Part shown: positions 36,998-41,801 of the stretch, in pieces
Layout: each line of letters opens with the position of its first letter
Numbering within the stretch: position 1 is the first letter of the stretch
From: Candidatus Cloacimonadota bacterium
GTDB lineage: Bacteria > Cloacimonadota > Cloacimonadia > Cloacimonadales > WRIO01
Length of the DNA stretch: 41,801 nt
Direction of reading: 5' to 3'
Assembly (NCBI GenBank): GCA_029564175.1
Contig: JAKQQL010000493.1
Location: 1-41,801, forward strand
Translations under genes and position numbers: made by a program
Notes under the pieces: model-generated
Told to the model about the DNA's origin: nothing
Database searches by the model: none
Seen by the model: only the letters and a program-made list of their open reading frames with translations

Positions 36998-38242
36998 CTA
37001 TTTTCTTTTTTTCTCAGCGAGAATTCTCTCAATATCTTCTATTTCCTTTGGTATAAAATCTGATAAAATTCTATGACCGTCAGAAGTAATCAGGATATCA
37101 TCTTCAATTCTGACACCAATAGATTCTTCCGGAATATAGATACCAGGCTCAATCGTTGTAACCATACCTTCCTGAAGAATGAAATCACGATCGCCTAAAT
37201 CATGCACATCCAGCCCCAGATGATGCCCGATACCATGCATAAAGTATTGATTGACTTCACTTTCTTCCTGAATGAGATTGAGCTTTTTCAGAGATTCAAA
37301 CATCAGTTCGCGGGTCTTCTTAAAAACATCATTCATGGCAACGCCTGGTTTCATCATGGAGATCACTTCTTTTTGAATAAACAATACTTCTGCATACACT
37401 TCACGTTGCCTGTCAGTAAACTTTCCACTAACAGGGAAGGTTCGAGCAATATCAGCGCTGTAATGCTTGTAGGATGCGCCTACATCCAGCAATACCAGTT
37501 CATTTTCGCCCACTTTGGAGTTGTTATTGATATAATGAAGAGTAGCTGCATTTTTGCCAGCGCCTATAATGGGGAGAAAACCATATGTGCAGGCTCTTCT
37601 TTCCATTTCATAACGTAATTTCGCTTCAAGTTCATATTCCATCATCCCTGGCTGAGCGATTTCCCAGATGCCTTCAATACCTGCCCAGGTAACTCTGATT
37701 GCTTCTGTAATCGCTTCTATCTCAGTTTCATCTTTTATATTTCTGAGGGGTTTGATGAGCAAATCGACATCTTTTACTGTCAGAGAAGGGATGATTTTCT
37801 TCATTCTTTCTGCAAACAAGGCTTGTTTGCTTAAGGGTTTTTTCCAGTCTTGCAGTCCAATATTGATATAGGCTTTTTCACATCTAAATAACTGATAGCT
37901 AATGTATGAATCAAATCCTTCGAGAAATTGCACATTTTTAATCCCTGAAATCTGTGTAACTTCTTCAGGATACATTTTTTCGCCATCCCATACAATTCTT
38001 TCTGGTATGTTTTTTTCAACAAAAACCGTGTCAAAAAAAGTATCTCCGTTTTTTCCCATCACTAATACTGCCTCAGGCGTGTCCAATCCTGTAAAATAGT
38101 AAAAATTGCTGTTTTGCAGAAAACGAAATGCACCTGTACCTGAACCGCTTATCGGGTCATTTGCAAAAATAATAACGATTTCATCCTTTTCCAGATTATT
38201 AACTAGACAATTTCTTCTCTTTTGGAAGATTTCAGCATTCAT
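36998..38242 (-). CDS. pepP: Xaa-Pro aminopeptidase (M24B)
   Basis: QNSNFYYFTG, LLDVGA, YSADIARTFP, HGIGHHLGLDVHD, TIEPGIY, GVRIEDD; AAGGAG RBS before ATG 38242. Confidence 0.9.
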   Translation of the reverse strand: MNAEIFQKRRNCLVNNLEKDEIVIIFANDPISGSGTGAFRFLQNSNFYYFTGLDTPEAVLVMGKNGDTFFDTVFVEKNIPERIVWDGEKMYPEEVTQISGIKNVQFLEGFDSYISYQLFRCEKAYINIGLQDWKKPLSKQALFAERMKKIIPSLTVKDVDLLIKPLRNIKDETEIEAITEAIRVTWAGIEGIWEIAQPGMMEYELEAKLRYEMERRACTYGFLPIIGAGKNAATLHYINNNSKVGENELVLLDVGASYKHYSADIARTFPVSGKFTDRQREVYAEVLFIQKEVISMMKPGVAMNDVFKKTRELMFESLKKLNLIQEESEVNQYFMHGIGHHLGLDVHDLGDRDFILQEGMVTTIEPGIYIPEESIGVRIEDDILITSDGHRILSDFIPKEIEDIERILAEKKRK

Positions 38243-38334
38243 ATCTATCTCCTTCAAGCTGATCAATACTATAACTTTGTAATTACAGTATATCATAGCT
38301 TATATTTTATTGATCAATTCACTTTATATGAACC

Positions 38335-38362
38335 AGAGTAACTGATTTATCTTATCCGTCAA
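38335..38362 (-). promoter_or_regulatory. Sigma70-type promoter of pepP
   Basis: Minus strand TTGACG-N16-TACTCT. Confidence 0.45.
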
Positions 38363-38401
38363 GCTAAAACAAGCATGAAAAATGGTTTCAAAAATCAATT
38401 T

Positions 38402-38428
38402 TTAGCAATCTCTTTGCAAGACTGCTAA
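38402..38428. promoter_or_regulatory. CIRCE element (HrcA operator) upstream of clpB
   Basis: TTAGCAATC-N9-GACTGCTAA versus consensus TTAGCACTC-N9-GAGTGCTAA. Confidence 0.88.
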
Positions 38429-38505
38429 AAATTACTTGTCAAAATATTGAATCTGATTATTTTGTCTTAAGATAGCGTGTTTATCAAAACAGGAAAGGAG
38501 AAAAC

Positions 38506-41082
38506 ATGAATTTAAATCAATACACCATAAAATCTCGTGAAATCATTGACAATCTTCAGGTGATGGCCAATGAATACGGTCATCAGGAAATTGGAGAATT
38601 CCATTTAATAAGCAGTTTATTAAAAACAGAAGACAGTATTGTGATACCTCTCCTGCAAAAACTACAGGCAAATATTCCTGCTCTGGCAACTGATGCAGAG
38701 GCTGAACTAAAAAAAATCCCTAGAGTAAGCGGTTATTCACAGATGTATTTGTCTCAGGAAGTGAATCAGATACTGATGGAATCTGAAAAACAGGCAAAGA
38801 AACTACAGGACGATTATGTCAGTGTAGAGCATATTTTCCTGGCGCTTTTATTGAAAGCTCAAAAATCAGCTTTTTTATTCAAAAAATATGCAATTGATTA
38901 CGATAAAGTACTGATGTCATTAAAAGATATCAGGGGAAACCAGCGTGTTACCGATGAGAATCCTGAAGCGAAATATCAGGCATTGGAAAAATATGCCAGA
39001 AACCTGAGTAAACTGGCTCGTCAGGGAAAGCTTGATCCTGTGATCGGTAGAGATGATGAGATTCGCAGGGTCATTCAGATATTATCAAGAAGAAGAAAAA
39101 ACAATCCCGTACTGATTGGTGAACCCGGAGTAGGTAAAACGGCAATTGTTGAAGGGCTTGCCAGAAGAATCATTGATAAAGATGTGCCTGAAAATCTAAA
39201 AAACAAAGAAATCATCGAACTGGATATGGCGGCACTGGTAGCCGGGGCAAAATTCAGAGGTGAATTTGAAGACAGATTAAAAGCCGTTTTGAAAGAAGTG
39301 GAAGCCAATGAAGGGAAAATGGTCCTTTTTATAGATGAACTCCATACAGTTGTCGGTGCAGGGGCTGCTGAAGGTTCAGTAGATGCGTCCAACATGCTTA
39401 AACCGGCACTAGCACGTGGTTCTCTGCACTGTATTGGTGCAACCACACTGGATGAATACAGAAAGCATATTGAAAAAGATCCTGCATTGGAAAGACGTTT
39501 TCAACCTGTCTTAGTCAAAGAACCTGCTATGGATGATACTATCTCTATTCTAAGAGGCATTAAAGAAAAATATGAAGTGCATCATGGTGTTCAGATTACC
39601 GATACAGCCCTGGTAGCAGCAGCCTATTTATCAAACCGTTATATCTCTGATCGTTTTTTGCCGGATAAAGCCATCGATCTGGTAGATGAAGCCTGCTCCA
39701 AACTCAAGATGGAAATTGATTCCATGCCGGTTGAGCTGGATGAGGTTCAGAGAAAAATCAAGCAATTGGAAATTGAAAAACTCTCATTGAAGAAAGAAAA
39801 GGATGAGTTATCCAAAGAAAGACTGGCAAAAATTGATGATGATATTAAAAACCTGAATGATTCACAGTCACTTATGAGAATGAAATGGCAGAATGAAAAA
39901 GACCTGATGAAAAAAATCAGTTTGATTTCTGAGCAGATTGACCAGATCAAGGTAGAAGCTGAAAATGCAGAAAGACAGGGAGATCTGGGACGTGTAGCAG
40001 AACTGAAGTATGGTAAACTCTTATCCAAGCAGAAAGAACTCGAAGAAGCCAAAGCACAGTTACAATTGATACCCAATGAGCAACGCATTTTAAAAGAAAA
40101 TGTGGATGAAGAGATGATTGCCGAAGTGGTAGCTAAGTGGACAGGTATTCCATTGTCAAAACTGCTGGAAAGTGAAATGCAAAAACTGGTTAAAATGGAA
40201 GATGTTTTATCCAAACGGGTAATCGGACAAAGAGATGGTATCTCTGCATTGTCTAACGCCATCAGACGTTCCAGAAGTGGTTTATCTGACCAAAATAAGC
40301 CGATCGGTTCATTCATGTTCTTAGGTCCTACAGGTGTAGGTAAGACCGAACTAGCCAAGACGCTTGCTGAGTTTCTGTTTGATTCAGAAAAGGCGATTGT
40401 GCGCATCGATATGTCAGAGTTTATGGAAAAGCACTCTGTTTCCAGATTGATTGGTGCACCTCCGGGCTATGTCGGCTATGACGAAGGCGGTTATCTAACC
40501 GAAAGCGTACGAAGAAAGCCTTATGCCGTAATCCTCTTTGATGAGATAGAAAAGGCACATCCGGATGTTTTCAATATCTTACTTCAGATTTTGGATGATG
40601 GCAGACTGACAGATGGTCAGGGCAGAACCGTTGATTTTAGAAACAGCATCATCATCATGACCTCTAACATAGGTGCGCAGATGATCTTCGAGCACAGTCA
40701 TGATGATCTTGAAGACCTGAAAGACGATCTGATGAAAACATTGCAATCATACTTCAGACCTGAGTTTTTGAACAGACTGGATGAAATTATCCTCTTTCAT
40801 AGATTGAATCAGCACCAGATAGAAGAAATCGTTAAAATTCAGCTACAAAAACTTAGCGACAGACTCAAAGATAAACGAATCAATATTTTCTTTTCTGAAC
40901 AAACGATTCAGGCGATTGCCCGTGAAGGCTTTGATCCTCAATTTGGAGCCAGACCGCTAAAAAGAGTGATTCAGAAAGAGATTGAAAATGCGCTGGCGAT
41001 GGAGATCCTCTCCGGAAATCTCCTGCCAAACCAGACCATCCATATTGACTATCAGAATCAAGCTTTTGTTTTCCACAACTGA
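38506..41082 (+). CDS. clpB: ATP-dependent chaperone ClpB
   Basis: Two AAA+ modules ([16 protein letters not shown]), long coiled-coil middle domain, 858 aa. Confidence 0.96.
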   Translation: MNLNQYTIKSREIIDNLQVMANEYGHQEIGEFHLISSLLKTEDSIVIPLLQKLQANIPALATDAEAELKKIPRVSGYSQMYLSQEVNQILMESEKQAKKLQDDYVSVEHIFLALLLKAQKSAFLFKKYAIDYDKVLMSLKDIRGNQRVTDENPEAKYQALEKYARNLSKLARQGKLDPVIGRDDEIRRVIQILSRRRKNNPVLIGEPGVGKTAIVEGLARRIIDKDVPENLKNKEIIELDMAALVAGAKFRGEFEDRLKAVLKEVEANEGKMVLFIDELHTVVGAGAAEGSVDASNMLKPALARGSLHCIGATTLDEYRKHIEKDPALERRFQPVLVKEPAMDDTISILRGIKEKYEVHHGVQITDTALVAAAYLSNRYISDRFLPDKAIDLVDEACSKLKMEIDSMPVELDEVQRKIKQLEIEKLSLKKEKDELSKERLAKIDDDIKNLNDSQSLMRMKWQNEKDLMKKISLISEQIDQIKVEAENAERQGDLGRVAELKYGKLLSKQKELEEAKAQLQLIPNEQRILKENVDEEMIAEVVAKWTGIPLSKLLESEMQKLVKMEDVLSKRVIGQRDGISALSNAIRRSRSGLSDQNKPIGSFMFLGPTGVGKTELAKTLAEFLFDSEKAIVRIDMSEFMEKHSVSRLIGAPPGYVGYDEGGYLTESVRRKPYAVILFDEIEKAHPDVFNILLQILDDGRLTDGQGRTVDFRNSIIIMTSNIGAQMIFEHSHDDLEDLKDDLMKTLQSYFRPEFLNRLDEIILFHRLNQHQIEEIVKIQLQKLSDRLKDKRINIFFSEQTIQAIAREGFDPQFGARPLKRVIQKEIENALAMEILSGNLLPNQTIHIDYQNQAFVFHN

Positions 41083-41101
41083 TTCATAAATTCCTCCCTT
41101 C

Positions 41102-41132
41102 AGGCAGGCTATCTTTAGTCTGCCTTTTTTTT
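41102..41132 (+). terminator. Intrinsic terminator of clpB
   Basis: AGGCAGGCTA-TCTT-TAGTCTGCCT followed by T-tract. Confidence 0.85.
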
Positions 41133-41205
41133 CTGACAGACTTTGGTAAAAAGATAATCCGTTTTTAGATAACGATCAGGATGGTCATTCAACTTTTACC
41201 CAACT

Positions 41206-41347
41206 ACAAGCCTCTATATATATTACCCGGACAGAAAAGCTGATTATTGTCTTTTTGCCTGAATTATTTTGAAAAATCTTAAAATAAAGTGCAATTGGTT
41301 TTAAAAATGACGGATTTTCAAAAAGTGTGCAGAAATAAATGAGAAAT
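41206..41347 (-). repeat. Inverted copy of the dispersed non-coding repeat
   Basis: Reverse complement aligns with 15817-15957, including TGTCCGGGTAATATATATAGAG. Confidence 0.8.
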
Positions 41348-41524
41348 TTGAGAAGGTAAGGAATAAATATCGTACCTATTTTGTTACTTCGTAATATTAC
41401 CTATATTTACTTTCCATTGGTCTTTTTTGTCTGATCCTTACTTTCTGCATGCTGGAAACTCGCAGTATAATTTCTGACGAACAGCACTTCGCTCCTTCTG
41501 GTCTCTTACCGTACATTTATCTCA

Positions 41525-41800
41525 TTACTTTAACAGTGTTATCTTCCTGCTGGCGATAATCTGATCATTAGCCTTTAACTGGCATAGATAGATGCCTGAT
41601 GGCATATTGTTTGCCTGCCAAAGTACTTTGCCTTTTTTTATCTGACCACCATTGAGTTTGATACTATCGACTTTTTGACCTTTCAGATTAAAAATGTCAA
41701 TTTTCAGACTCTTCTCTTTCCCTGCGTTTTTGAGTTCAAAGTATATATTAGGATTAAAGGGGTTGGGATAAGCCTTGAAGCTTAATCCGGAGGCAGGCGG
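41525..41800 (-). CDS. C-terminal end of a secreted protein with T9SS-type/FlgD-Ig sorting domain (partial, not in ORF track)
   Basis: Translates ..AYPNPFNP..IDIFNLKGQKV..W....MPSGIYL..RKITLLK*. Confidence 0.88.
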   Translation of the reverse strand, partial: PPASGLSFKAYPNPFNPNIYFELKNAGKEKSLKIDIFNLKGQKVDSIKLNGGQIKKGKVLWQANNMPSGIYLCQLKANDQIIASRKITLLK

Positions 41801-41801
41801 A

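Noticed and set aside
39075..40406. Long antisense ORFs inside clpB and similar shadows in other genes
   Set aside because: Antisense shadows of well-supported conserved genes

Overview
Low-GC bacterial chromosome segment, probably Candidatus Cloacimonadota or another FCB-group lineage (inferred from a YPNPFNP-type C-terminal sorting domain and GWxTD proteins). (1) 1-3373: tandem array of at least three AAA-ATPase/PD-(D/E)XK paralogues built from near-identical blocks and hypervariable cassettes. (2) ~4720-15420: a very AT-rich, repeat-flanked island, the best candidate for an undescribed system. It holds a NERD nuclease-SF1 helicase gene and, convergent to it, a five-gene atypical phosphorelay operon: TPR histidine kinase, REC-HisK-like hybrid, His-substituted receiver, receiver with C-terminal RxxxxxxH HEPN-like motif, and a sigma54 activator with GAFTGA. 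Both units carry a sigma54 -24/-12 promoter and share an upstream 37-bp element, suggesting a self-contained signal-gated defence circuit. (3) Glycan-use cluster: SBP-permease fusion, permease with GH42-like repeats, GH38, GH20. (4) A second AAA-PD-(D/E)XK family gene and housekeeping genes: metH without reactivation domain, dnaE, two GWxTD proteins, pepP, CIRCE-regulated clpB. Intergenic DNA is rich in REP-like hairpins, IS4-end-like MITEs and a dispersed ~190-bp repeat. All calls come from reading motifs by eye; no database searches were run.
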